Shown in pieces: positions 26,286 through 40,100 of a stretch of 64,000 nucleotides of DNA (its first letter is position 1; each line of letters begins with the position of its first letter). A program made the position numbers and the translations under genes. The notes under the pieces were generated by a model that saw only the letters and a program-made list of their open reading frames with translations, was not told where the DNA came from and searched no databases. Source of the DNA: Dicyema japonicum. Its lineage: Eukaryota > Animalia > Dicyemida. Location of the stretch: NCBI GenBank assembly GCA_011109175.1, contig RDEW01000020.1, positions 552,514 through 616,513 of the forward strand, written 5' to 3'.

Positions 26286-27172
26286 ATAATGTAAAAAATA
26301 ATAATTATATTTTTCATAAAAAATTTTTATACTATTATTTTATTTTTCTACGTTTTTATTTTATTTTTCTTTATTATTATTTATTTTATACGATTAATTA
26401 TTAGCCCCGTGCCGCCATGTGGTGCTTCGTGGCTAATTGATTGAAGTTTCTGTTTTGTTCGTCTATTCCTAATTCACTTAATTAACGTGCGTCATGTGGT
26501 TCGCCTTGTCTGGTGGCGTCAGATACAAGTCAAAATGTATCCAAAAAGAACCATTTGTCAACGACCATCCAGAGGAGTTCCCCCTGGACTGCTCTTCCTA
26601 CACATCCGGGTACTTTTCCGGTGGAGACTCGTCATGTCAGGAGAATGCGCAGGAACTCAGTCGGAACACTGAGAAAAGATGCGGAGCTGTTGAAGGAGGT
26701 TGGGATCACCTGAAATTTTTATTTATTTGTATATGACGGTGGTTTTGGTTCAATAAATTTAATTTAATCTTATTTTTACCCCTATCTGTAACATGCCCAT
26801 ACATGTTCTATTCTAATGTCTTCTAAAAGGTAATTTGTACATTATTCGTGTTATTACAAATTCACATTTTTTCATTTAAATTGCTTATAAAATCCCTCAG
26901 AGTTAATTTAGTTTTCATTATTCTTTTATGTTCACTATGTACACGTTTATAAGCAAATAATATATACTAATAGCATCATCTTAATTATTTATTTTACATT
27001 AACAAAAGAATATAGAACAAATCAATTATAATTTGATTTATGGGGTAATGCACCAATTGATCACTATTATGTAAACAATTTTATGGTTGATTAAATAATA
27101 TATTTCCATTAAATGTTATTGTAAGCACTAAAGACACTACTAAATTCAAATATACTTAATATCCAAGACAAC

Positions 27173-30115
27173 ATGCAGACATATAATGACTGCAGAGATA
27201 AACTAAATTCAATATTGACTGACATACATTGTGACTTGTACAATTATGATAATCAGAGTAAAGTTTACGGTGTTTATATTTGTGATTATTGTAGATGTAC
27301 ATGAATTTAATATTGAGGGCATTAAAGGACTATGTAATGAAGTAGATTACTCCCACAGTGATACAGTGGGGGATAATGATATTTCCAGTTTGTTATCAAG
27401 TTTTATATTTATCTAATAGTAGAGGAAAGTGATAGAGCCGATAAATATAAAAACAAATGCAGGGAACTGAGTGACAGATTAAGGGTCTCCAAGGCCAGTC
27501 AAAGCAAGGATCGTAAAGTACAGAATAGTCTCATAGGGAATATATCAGAAATACTCAAATTGGTGGAAAGTAACTACGAGAATTATAATAAACAAATTAA
27601 AAAAGTATTTCCAAACTAAAACAAAGTACGAGAATGACACAAATGAGTATCATACACAACTTGTAAATACACAGGATAAGCTGAACAAAGTGGTGGAGGA
27701 AAGTGATGACCGACTGAATGAAATAACCCGTCTTACTGAAGGAGAATGTGTATTTACTAGTAATATGAGTTAGTCACCAAAGGGAAGAGTTGACTCAGTT
27801 TTACAATACAAACAGACAACTCTCACTAAAATGTAGAGAGAATGAAGGTAGCATTAAATAGTGACAATTAGTGCTATTAAGAGAACAAGTGGGATGTCAA
27901 CAGAACACGGAAAACGAGGAAAATGACCAACTAAAACAGGAAATAAGGGAAAGTTATAATACTATTGATTCTCTAAGGAGTAATGTATGCTTAGTATTTA
28001 TTAAGATTCAAACTAAATGCGACCAACTCAATATTCTCAAGAGACAGAAGGGGGACGCTGATAAATTATCACACCAATATAGACTTAAAGTGGAAGAATT
28101 GGTAGAACAGATCAACTCACTAACCCACGTGGGATATCATTAATATTAATAGGAAAACGAAAAGTTGAAACTGGAAAAGACAGAATGTGTGAGGATCAAG
28201 AGGTCAATGTCGACAACCAGGAAAACATATGAGAAGAAACTGATAAAGTCAGAAGAGCACATTAATGAAGTAAATTGTGATAATATTAAAGGTTAATCAC
28301 AAATACGAAAAACAGTCGAAATTACTGGTAAAGAAGGACAAAGAATTATTATTTCTGAAAAACGAAATCACCAAAAAGACAGAAGAATTGGCTGGGGAGA
28401 AACTAAACAAAACAAAAATATACGATTTAATAAAAATTAATGAAAAAAATATGAAAAAGATTGAAAAGACAGAGAAAATAAAGCAGAATATATTGGAAAT
28501 AACAGATCAGCTGAATCATGTTCAAAATGAATTGTGTTTTTACAAGGATAAAACAGATAATCAGCATAAATTTGTGAGTACTCCATTCTGACTGACAGAT
28601 TGAGAATTATGAGGATTTGATTGGCAAATTAAAGGACAAAATAGACTCTGAGGAATCCAGGAATATAGAATTAGGGCTAAAACTGGATGAACAGACAAAA
28701 CAACTGCACCACACTGAATGTCTAAATAATCAACTAGAAACGACAGTAAACACAAATTATGATATTTAGTTGACTGAGAGAACTTCCACGTGTGAGAGAT
28801 TGGGACAGGAGTTATTAGAGGTTAGAAGGGATAACGAGGATGTAATGACTTGTCTAAAAGAAGAGTTGACTTGTAGAATGGAAGAACTGGAGTGAATATA
28901 ATAATGATTGCTAATAGGAAATGTAAATGTGATAAGAACGACATTCAACTAAGTTTAATAAATATTACAAATGAAAATGAAGAGTCACAAAAACAAATAA
29001 ATCAATTACGACAATCTGAAACAGATTTATCACAGTCACTTGAATACTCACAACAGAAGACAGCCCACGTGCAAAATCTCTGTATTTAATTATTATTATG
29101 TGAGTATTAAACATCCAACAAAGAGTTACTGACATTGAGAATGACCTTTGGAGGAGTGAACAAGACCGACTCAACTTGTCACGGAGGGAAGAAGATCTAA
29201 TAGTAAAGTCAAGTCAATAATATATAGAACAATGCTATGATAATGGAAAGACAAACCAAACACCTAGAAAGCATAATTGATGAGTTTAATACTAAGTGTT
29301 CCGCACTTGAGAATCAAAAATCAACATTGGAGAGTAAACTCAGGTATAACAAATATGTCAATTATAGATATAAGAGTGAGAGGGCTAATATATGTGATAA
29401 GATAGAAAGGGAGTATTTGGAAGCACTAAACAACAATAGGAATGAATTGAAAGACAAGTCGGCTGCGATAAAAGATTTAACAGAAACTCTGAATTCGTTT
29501 CGCGGGGACTTTTTGTCTCAGTTAAGAGATTTGAATAATACAGTTTCACGACAGAAGAATCGAAGTTCAGAGATTTCCAATCAAGTGGTTATTGTGATTT
29601 AACGTAGATAATAGAAATGAAAAACAACATAAAGACACGTGACTCAAGAATAAAATCTCTCGAGGAGGCCAATTCAAATCTTCGGAATCGATTTGATCAT
29701 CTGCATTCTCAGATGAGTTGTGAGAAAGTGGGATATGAGAATGTATAATTCAATAATATTATATTCTCAGAATTTGAAGGCAGTTCAGAATAATTATGAA
29801 AAACAGAAAAGACAAAATGACTTGTTGAATACAAAGAATCGAGACTTGGAGAATGAACGAATGGAATTGGAGTCGACCGTCAACTCAATGAACGAGAAGC
29901 TGAGACGAGTAATGAAGGACTTTGGGAAGATGTCTCATCAATTTGAGAGGACGTTGTTTAAGAAACGAGTATTTTATTATTAAACGTTAGAATTGTGAGA
30001 GTATATTAAGGAGAATGAGAAGTGACTCTGTAATGGGTAATTTTATATTTAGAATGATTTGGTGGGGGATTTGGAGGCGAGGATTGATAGTTATTTGGAA
30101 TCAGAGAGTACATGA
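27173..30115 (+). CDS. Long coiled-coil protein (~838 aa, 18 introns of 21-28 nt)
   Basis: Removing 18 GT-AG micro-introns (first 27270-27294, last 30030-30052) gives one continuous E/K/Q/L-rich frame ending TGA 30113-30115. Family not recognised; start codon uncertain. Confidence 0.85.
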
Positions 30116-31145
30116 GTTAACCAAAATAACAAATTTAACCAAAGTGCCTTATTTTGTAACAAATGACTTATTATTAACTCAAGAACACCAATTGTTAATT
30201 TAATTACTTGATCTCGAAGGCCTCTTTCAGATTTCTCATTTTCTCGTGCGCCTTCTGGATCCAACACAACTTCTCTGTGGGCAGGGTGGTTTAGAGATAA
30301 GGAATTGGAGATGAGTGATGTATTCCCTTTTCATAAGACACGTAGTGGCTGTGTATTGTTGTGAGTCGCACTGCCTACACAGGGTAGCAAATCCAAGTAA
30401 TTATTTATAAACTTGCTAATAAATTTGAAATTTAATGTTTAAGTCGTTAATTTAATTGTAGTAACATTATCATCAATAATTCTAACAATATCAGATTGTA
30501 TAAAAATTATAATAGTATTTTCTTTAAATTTTTATTTTGTATATTATCTGATCCCTCCTTTTCAAATAAGCATTTGATATGAGTTTTTACGTGTTGTAAT
30601 TGGCATAATTTACTACTGTGTTAGTGAATAATATTCATTAAGTGGGTCAAACATAAAAACATATCTTTATAAAAAACATCTCTTATTGGGAAAACTATCG
30701 GCATTTTATCTATTCTATCCTTTTATCAAGCATATCGCAAATTGAGATGTTTTGTTATTAAAGTCATGAACATTTACTAAGTTCTAACTATTTATCCTTG
30801 TAGACTGTGTTCTTCTTACGATAGCAATAGAAGTCGATTGAAAGTGCCAGTTGGTTTAGTGGCTATCATGACTTCTGTGTGGCCAAACATCTAGGAATCT
30901 GAAGAAAATAAAAAGATTTATGCATACCTCTCTAATTGTCTCGACGGCAAATCGCACGGTACATAAACTGATTGAGGAACCATTGGTATTTCTTTATTTT
31001 AGTCTCCACTTTTATTAAATGGATAGTGCCTTTACGAGGGGATATGACTAAAATACATTTCTAATAACACAATGAATATGGTCATTTGATTAATTACAAT
31101 TAAAATATTTATTAGGAAACCACAAAACCTATAAATTAAAATAAA

Positions 31146-32594
31146 ATGACAAATAGAAACACGAAAATGAATGGTAATACAAATGAAGAAATGACTAATA
31201 ATCGCACAGACAATGGAGACATGGACAATAATCAAACAAATACTGCACCTTTGTCAATGTTTGAAATTGTCAAAATGTTTGAAAATGACCCGAGTGAGAA
31301 GAAACAGAATCTAATACTTGGAGGTAGTATGGTAGTGCATATTTAGTATGTATTGATGACAATAAGAGGGTATACAAGTTTAGAGTTATTCAACAAGTCG
31401 CAGAAATGCTAGTAAACAGTGGGACCTTAAGTCACGAGTATACAACACTGACTGGTCTTCCTGGACTCGCTCCTTTGGCAATGAGGATTGTTTTTGGTGA
31501 AGATAGTCAAATTTTGGACAAAGTATGATTTTAAATCACAAACAGGTTGTTGCATTCCAAACTTGTGGAGCAACTGGGGCTCTCTCGTTGGGAGGGAGTT
31601 TACTGTCGAGATATTTCAAGAGAAATAAGCTTTATATTCCTGCTCAGACATGGGGTCAGTCATTATGACGTATTTTAGAGCAACATGTTGAAATATTTAA
31701 TAATGTTAATTTGAAGTACAGAGATATAGATACTACAACTCAAAGAAACAAAAAATTGACTTTGAAGGACTGATGGAAGATTTGAGAGTAATGTTTTGTT
31801 TTCATGGAGAATGCTGATGCTAACTCAGTGGTAATCCTACATGCTAACTGCCACAACCCAACAGGAGGAATTCTCTCTCAGGATCAGTGGAGACAAATTA
31901 TGTGTTTACTACAGGTTTGGTGGATTTGATAGCAGTAGGAACGAAATTTATTCCCATTTTTGGATAACGCCTATCAGGGACTCGGAAGGGATCTAGTCAC
32001 AGATAGATGGTCAATCAGACTTTTGCAGAAGCTGGGATGGAGTTTATGGTCACTCAGACCTTTTCTAAGAACTTTGGTCTATATGGTTTGATATTGTAAT
32101 TTATGATTAGGGGAAAGAGTGGGCTTCATTTATGGAGTATTTAACGATCCAGCCACACGAAAAGACGTAATTGATCAATTCGAGTATTACGGGACAAACA
32201 CATTCTTAATGACCCCAGCCTTTGGGTCAAAGTTGGTGTACGAAATACTGAGAAGTGAAAAATATAGAGACGACTGGTTATCGACGTATTAATGGATAGG
32301 ACTAATGAACTTTACCAATATAACGATAGAATGGCTAAAATAAAAGAAGCCATAAAAACAAATTTAGAACAAAAGGTGAGTGGAAGAGATTTCAGTTTCC
32401 TGGTGGATAATGAGGGATTGTTTGCTTGGTTTGACTTTACTGGTAATGAAAGTAATAATATTAAAGGAAATGAGGCCGAAAAATTAAGGAATGAGTACCA
32501 CGTGTATGTTCTCCCTAATGGACGAGTTAATCTGAGTGGACTTGGTTTGGCTGACATTGAATACTTTACTGATGCAATGGCAGCTGTCCTTTAA
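31146..32594 (+). CDS. GOT1: Cytosolic aspartate aminotransferase-like protein (GOT1-like, ~420 aa, 8 introns, two apparent 1-nt deletions)
   Basis: HEY, GATGAL, TWEQH, HANCHNPTG, DNAYQG, FSKNFGLYGERVG (PLP Lys), GRVNLSGL. Introns 31324-31346, 31523-31545, 31655-31678, 31788-31809, 31915-31938, 32086-32110, 32277-32299, 32443-32466. Frameshifts at ~31713 and ~32022. Confidence 0.88.
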
Positions 32595-33769
32595 TTCACT
32601 AACATCCGTTATTTGACTCGATTATTAATATTACATTATTAATGGGAGTTTTCACTTGGAGTGAAAATATTAGTATACTATTCGTAAGTGATCATAGAGA
32701 ATGTTATGATTTACATTCGATTATAAATTATTCATATTTAATAGTGAGGGAAATGTTTAGTATGGATTTGGTGTATATTATGAGATTAAAGAAGTCTGTA
32801 ATACAATTTAGTGGTGAAAATCATAATTTACTCATAGTGCATGTATTAACTATCAAAAACTTCAAATTATACAATAATTATATCAATTGTTGTGTATGAC
32901 AGACTGCTTTGGTAGTCAATAATACTTTAATTCAACACAACTAAATACAACAGTAGTTGGACATACAGGAATTAATTATGACAAAACAATAACTAAATAA
33001 TCTTCATGTCTAATTGAAAATTGATTGTGAGTATTGAAAATAGTAGAGTCTTGTTAGGTTACGAAAGTTACTTCCAAAGATATATACAATAGTAAATAAA
33101 TGATTGTAAGACGCTGAGCCATATCCATTCAATGGAGTCTCGAGTTTGCTTAGTTAATCCTAAAAGATAGTGGTGACATGACTGTGACACTGAATATTAA
33201 ATTATTGACTTTTGGTCAATTTAAACAATTTTTACATATAAAGATTATTCTATGATAATATTAAAAATTAACTATTCTCAATAATCCGGATGCCCATACT
33301 AGAATCCCATTCTGGAGAAGAGACAGTCCAACCTCCACGGACTTATCATTGTGTACTCCCTCTCTGGGTATCTCTCATGGGATGTTCGTTATGTTTTTTT
33401 CGTTATGTTTTTCAGTCTCCGGCTCGAAGTTTAGAACTATTCGAAGGAGAATGTTTGTGGACAGTTGTTTATTGGCTTAGCTGTTGAAGACTTCCTATTG
33501 ACAAGGCACACAGATATTAACCTCAATAACCTGACAAGGCACACAGATTAATCATTAATGATATTCACAATTCTACTTTATGCGGTTTTTGGGAAAACAA
33601 TTTATTAACGAAAAAATTAAATAATTTAGCTTTTGCAGATAGGATTGCGTGTAAGTTTCCACGTAATACGACAATCCCGACTCGTTGCCTTAGTCAGAAC
33701 GATTGTGTGTTTCTTTTTTTCGGCCTGCTAGTTTCCCTTCTATTTCTTTCAGAAAGACCGCAGTGTTGT

Positions 33770-35560
33770 ATTAAAAATAAACCTTTCAAGAGAAATCAAA
33801 CCTTGATTCGAATCAGCCATAATAATACCAAAGATTACGGTAACATCAAACTAACTAATCATGTGATCCCAGCACGCTCTCGACGATCCTCCTCGACCCC
33901 AAACAAACATGTATTGGCCGAATAACTGGATCTTCGAAGACACGATGGCACGTTCCTCAGGTACTTACGTATTAGGGATTCCAACGGTATTGGAAACTGG
34001 GACTTTCCAGAAATCCAGCGTTCCATAATTTTAGAAGCTTTTTTTCGGCTAGCCTCGATCTTAAAAAAAATTTGTCCAAGAAATGAATGGACCCCAGATG
34101 CCACATGCATAATAAATGCAAGGTCAATGAATTTGGTTGTAAATAGAATTCAGGATAGGGCTATTTCCTATTTTCCATAATCCATATAGACATTTCAAAA
34201 CGTTAATTTTTCAAAATTTGTATTTATATTTAAAACATGGGGAGAATGGTGATAACATCATTGTTAGTTTTCAAATATGACCGTTCGTCTTCTCAGTCTA
34301 TTGTCGGATATAAAGAGAGTTGTGAAGGACTATTCAGTGCTGGAGACAGACGGTTCTTCAGCAATCATTCTTTAAGATATTGAAATGGATGTCCAGATCG
34401 CAGTAAATATGAGCATGTCGTCGGCATAAGTGAGAAGAATATCGTTTTCTGTTTCTGTGTAGAGAGATCGGCCATGAATTGGTTGAATAACAAATGAGAC
34501 AAAGGGGGTCCTTTAGGAACACCATTCGGGAGAAGCCTGGAAATAGATTTTGAATGCCCAAAGCAGATATGTCCTCCAACCTTTAAAAAAGTAGCTAGCT
34601 AGAGTTTAAGCTTTCCATGAATTTTTGTTTTGAAAATGTTCCAAGTAATAACCTTCCTTGACAGAGTTTGAAGCTTTATGGACGTCTATAGAGAGTCTTC
34701 ACGTGTCCCGGCTTGTGAAAAAAACCATATCGTATAAAGTTAGTCAAGGCTGACCCTGGGTCGAAGTAAACCTCTCTTCTTTAAAACCATGTTGAAATCA
34801 CAAGTGCGGGAGGAAATCAGCTTTTCCAGGATTTTCGACAACGAACACAATAACGTAACCGGTCTGTATGAAGCCGGATCCTTCTTCATTTTTTCTGGTT
34901 TATAGTTGTACGGAGGTGTGCAAGCTTCCATAAGGTTGGAATAGAATTTTTGTTAATAGAGTGGATGCATATCCACGTCAAGCATAATCCCCAAGATTAT
35001 TTAGGAAAAATTTCCAGTATACAAGTTTATAGTTTAATTGCTCTGAAACCTCATCTCAGTTAAGGTTTCTCATGATCTTCAGAAGAAAGGGATTGTGATC
35101 ACCTCTTGAGTTTCAAGTGACTGACCAGGTCAATATTGTCGCCATTCCAGGAGAACAAAGTAATGTCTGGAGAAGTTAGTTGGTCTGACTCCCTGAGGGG
35201 GTTCTCGTATGTTTTGATGGGTCATTCATAACCGTGAAAGGACCTGTCTGTGATAGTAATTTCCCCTTTGTATCGTATGGTTGATTTGCCAGCCATAGCT
35301 CCCAAGATATTCTTGGCCACTAAGTGATATCCACACATTTAAGGTCTTTCTGATATAAAGTGAGGAGATCACTATATGCTTCTTCCGGTTAGTCCGTATT
35401 GACTGGTATCCAGGAAATAGCGGAGTAGGACTGTTAATGGGGGTTTCGTCTTTTGAATCAAAGCCACATCGATCTTCAACTCATCCAGGAAAAAAATTAG
35501 TTCCACAGTTGTGCCTCTTATCCCATTGAAGTTTAACTGTAGAACCGTGGTCCATCCATT
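33770..35560 (-). mobile_element. Fragmented I/Jockey-like LINE (APE, RT, GIT* end)
   Basis: LQLNFNGI..IDVALIQKTK; DPASYRPVTLLCSLSKILEK; ends RAGIT*. Confidence 0.75.
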
Positions 35561-36246
35561 GCGATGGGCTCTTGGTTTCTTCCAGGTAGTTAAAATTGAA
35601 AGCGTGTGCTTGGGAGAAAGTATCTTAAGATGTAAATGTTTAATGGTTTTCTTTGGAGAAACATTAAGTGCCCTCCGGGCATTACCAATATTTACAGAAT
35701 TGGTGAACCACATAATATTATTATTGTCGACACCTCCGGGACGCATTTAAAAAGCATAGATAAAGGTTACCTCTAACGGTGTGTATGGAGTGCGTAATGT
35801 CATGGATTGTAAACAAACAATAATCAAAAGTCTTCGTCTGTAGGAGGAGAGTCCAAGTCGTGAGAGTAGTTGTGTTACGAGAATCCTCAAAATAAGGATT
35901 TCCCGATCAATTTCATATTTTCACTGACCAATATTAGACTTGTATCGACCAATATTAAAATTAATATATGTTGACTGAATGACGACTAAATAAGATTAGA
36001 ATCCACCATAATGAAGGTATTAGAACTGCAATAGCTTAAAGTGTATAGGTTATCTGTCACTTTTTTTTAATTGATCGTTTAAATGAATGATTTTTATGTG
36101 AGACAGTGTTATTTGTTGCCAATTGTAATGTGGTTGTTAATAGTCTGAGAATATATAGCAAAAAAGGTAGTGTAGCATATTGATTATATAATAGTACATG
36201 TTACTATGGTTGTGACTATAAATATTATAGAGATTGTGATTAATGA

Positions 36247-37115
36247 ATGAGTATTCATTATAATCAAGTAAGACTATTAATATTATGAGACTGCTGAGAA
36301 CATCTCACTCAGAAAGAAACTGAATGAAGCCCACGAAATAATACACGTGTATTGTAGACATTACTTATAGAAACAAAAGGTAAAGATAAAAGCATTGGAA
36401 ATGGGTTTTTGTGGAGGATGTAGTGAAATGAGGGACAAGAGGTTATAGTGTGGGTATATTATAGAATATATGGTCTTGAGAACCTCCAAGTCTTATTATT
36501 TGTTATAATAGGAAAGGAGGGAGGAACGATTGAAGGAAGAAATAGCAAAATTACGTGAAAATATAATAATGTTGGAGAAGCAAGTGAATATACGTATAAT
36601 ATTAGAATAATAGTAAAAACAATGATGAGTATTGGTTGAGGAGAAAGTAATGTGTTCTTAATATTAGTTTTAAATTCATTGAGGAGAAATACAACAACAA
36701 AATATTCACTATGCACAACCAATTGAGTAGAATACAAATTGAGAGTGAATATAATCACAAAAATGTATTATTAGTAATATTTGGTAGTCTAAGATTACAA
36801 CCAACAAACTAAACACGTGTTGTAATTCCCTGAGTGAGCATAAACAGTTAATTCAACAATTAAGGTTGATTGTGTTGTTATTAGATGTGCCAATGGTTTA
36901 CTCAAGACAATGTTTTATTCGTATTTTGGAATAATGCAGGTTTGTGTGTTATATATTAACAGACATTGCTAACAAAGATTAGATTGGTGGTAGTAAAGGA
37001 TAATCTCCCTAAATATAGTAATGAGTTTGATTGGACATGTTTTTGGGATGAGGACAAAATGCCATCATTACGGGAATATATTAATGATAATTTTGAATGG
37101 GAACTTTGTGAATGA
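36247..37115 (+). CDS. Orphan coiled-coil protein (~222 aa, 9 introns of 20-24 nt), missing from the ORF track
   Basis: Nine GT-AG micro-introns (first 36268-36289) join into MSIHYNQTAENISLRKKLNEAHEIIHKQK...EYINDNFEWELCE*. Confidence 0.75.
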
Positions 37116-37189
37116 ATATATATTTACTATATAAGGGGTTAGGGCTACATTTATAGTTATTAATATACTTATTATCATGCTTATACATA

Positions 37190-40100
37190 GAATGAACTAA
37201 GTTAGATCAGAACAACTGGAAATATGAGGAGGGTTAGGAAATTCATAAATATTCTGCCTGCAGGAAACTAAGATGGCATTGTACGAGGAGCATGAATACT
37301 ATGTGTTAATGTTGCTTCCTTCGGATTGGTCATGGTCATGGACTTGCTTTACATAAGGACATTTTCCCATGCTTGTACAGATACTGCAAAATTAACGACA
37401 GCATTTGTGTATTGCAATTAAAAAAGGATCCCAATAAAGAGTCGAGGAGATTGCTACGATCATAAATATCTATGCCCACACAATGGTCGTTAATGAGGAA
37501 TTTGAAAGAACTTGATCAATTCTACGAGGAATTGGGGAAGACAATGACGGAACTTCAATCTTCACATCGGCTTCTCTAGAGACTAGAATACGAGGTAGAA
37601 TATCGAAAAGGAGATGAGTCCTTTATTTGTCGGAACGGAAGAGGAATTATAAACTTTCCTGGATCGACACTGGCCAACTTCTGCCAAGCATTTAGTCTTC
37701 TTTTATGCAACACTTGCTTTCAACACTCCGCTCGTCATAAACTACATGGACTGGAAGAATTTGTTCCACGGGGAAATAATAAATATCTTTAATCAAATAG
37801 ACTACACTATATGCCGCATAGCAGAAAAAGACTCCTATTGTCTTCGAGAGCTAGACTAACAGTGCCCACAAGATAGTCACCTTTTTATGAAAACTCCGAA
37901 ATGAGGAAAGTCCGTGATAGAATACAGAAAATATGATCGAACAGCTATGCATATTCGCATAGAAGAGAGAAAATTATCAAATTTCTATTAAGAAGATCAT
38001 CGACAACATTGAAAAAAAGTCCCCCTTGAAGGCATTTAAACTACCATTAAAGATGGAATCTTCTCTACTGCTGATGTCAACGAGTTCAGCACTACACAAA
38101 GAAAAAACTGGCCCCGATAACTAAAACATAAAAAAACTCATATAAAGTAAAAAAGAGCGTATCTCCAGAACCGAATATAGAAACTCAGTAGGAAATACGA
38201 CATAAAACTGTGGGAAACAAAAATTGCTGAACTATAAAAAATCGAAATCCCTACCAGAATGTACAATGCAATGTTGATGATAATTCGCAAGAAGGTAGTA
38301 AAAATAATGAAACTGCTGGACGCTAATGGAAAATTTTAATAAACCTCATTGACCAAGTAGAATACATAGCGACCTACTTTGAAAACCTCCTTAATGTTCA
38401 CTGAGAAATATAAGATTATGTACATGAACACAACTGGTGCAGTACTTTAAATAAAAGAAATCAAAACGCAACTACAATCCTCGGCATAGACTTATCGACA
38501 CTGCGTCGAGGTCTACTACTAATTAGGCATCTTTTCCTTTTATGATGCGAGCCGTGGATGTTCATAATACTACGAGTGTGGCATCACCTATCTGACTACG
38601 CGGAAAGAGTTTCAATGCCAAGATACACAATACAAGGCCATATTACAAGACGATCTGAAGATACACATTACAAAGGCCATATTACAAGACGGACATTGGT
38701 GCTGCTTTCATGTGAAGACACACATTACAAGGGCCATTCTACAAGACGAAGGAACCTATTCACTCCGAGTGAATCTCCTCAACACAAATAAACATATTAC
38801 TAACGAAGGAACCCATTACATGGTGGAGAAACGTATCACAAGTCGGAAGGATATGTTCACAATTACGAAGGAACCCATTATACTGTGGAAAAGCATATCA
38901 CAAGTCGGAAGGATTATTCACTATTACGAAGAAACCTATTGAAAGCGCAGTAGACGAAGGGTCAAAATCTCTGGATATTCTCCAAGTTGGACCTGGTACC
39001 CACAACAATTGAACCCCTACATTCGACCCGGGTCTACACGGAACTTTGTCATCTTCCGGACTTTGATCCCTACAGGACCTGGGAATATCGTAGATGTACA
39101 TACTAGAGTTGGGACCTACCGGGGGGTACCCATACCAAATGTTCCCTACATTCGAATTGGGTTCTACGCAAGACTTTGTTAACCACATTATTGGTTCCTA
39201 GAAGGCGGCTTGGGACTACTGTGGAAAAAACATACTGGAGAAGGGACCTACTAAGGGAGAACTAACAGGAGATGGGCTTACTAGCTTTGTACATACTACG
39301 CTCTGGATATAAGGGCAGGATTCATGGGATCCAACACTAGGACGAAATTCAACCAACGATAGAAGATAACTAAATGGAGTGTGGATACATCAGAAGTGTC
39401 CAGGCCGCATAGGCGGACACGTTTAAATATCCTCAAAATAACTCCTTACTTTGGAATAAATTTGGTTTTAGGTTTTCGAGGTCTACTTCTGAAGACAGTG
39501 AAAGGATTTCTGGACTCTGACTCTGTGAAAATGATAAGAGTTCTATCAAACACAAACCTAAGAGTTCAAATTGGCAAAATTACGTCAAGAGAATTCCTAT
39601 ATAATGTGGGTACTCCTCAAGAGGATTTCCTCTCACCTTTGCTATTTGTCAAGAAACGGCGATACGTGATCTTTAAAGATTTTATGAAAGTAACATAGAA
39701 GAATCCATTTATGCTGACGACGTAGATTTCATATTGAGAGATAGATCAGCCCTTATTCCCCTATTGGAAGTAGCTCCCAATGAATTCAAAAAATAGTACT
39801 TAACCATGAATGTTCGCAAAACGGAGAAAGTGGACATCAGAAGAATGAAAAGAAGATCAGATGAACAATAAAGACTAATAAGCTTGGATACTTACTTGGA
39901 GACAGTGAGGACATGGTTAGAAGAAAAACCCTCGCTACAGCAGCTTAACAAAGTTAAAAGAACTAGATTGACAGAAGACGATCAAGTACTTCATTCCGGT
40001 TAAGGCTATAGAATACCCTAGTGAAACCAGTTTTACTATATAATTCATCAAAGTGTGAGATTTCTAAGGCTGAGTAAGAGGTGATAGACTCTTTTCATCG

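Noticed and set aside
32642-33200. 85-aa + ORF or a minus-strand multi-exon membrane gene after GOT1
   Set aside because: No motif, and attempted splicing models hit stops.
38620-38940. CRISPR-like repeat array
   Set aside because: Degenerate tandem units without unique equal-length spacers; eukaryotic context, no cas genes.
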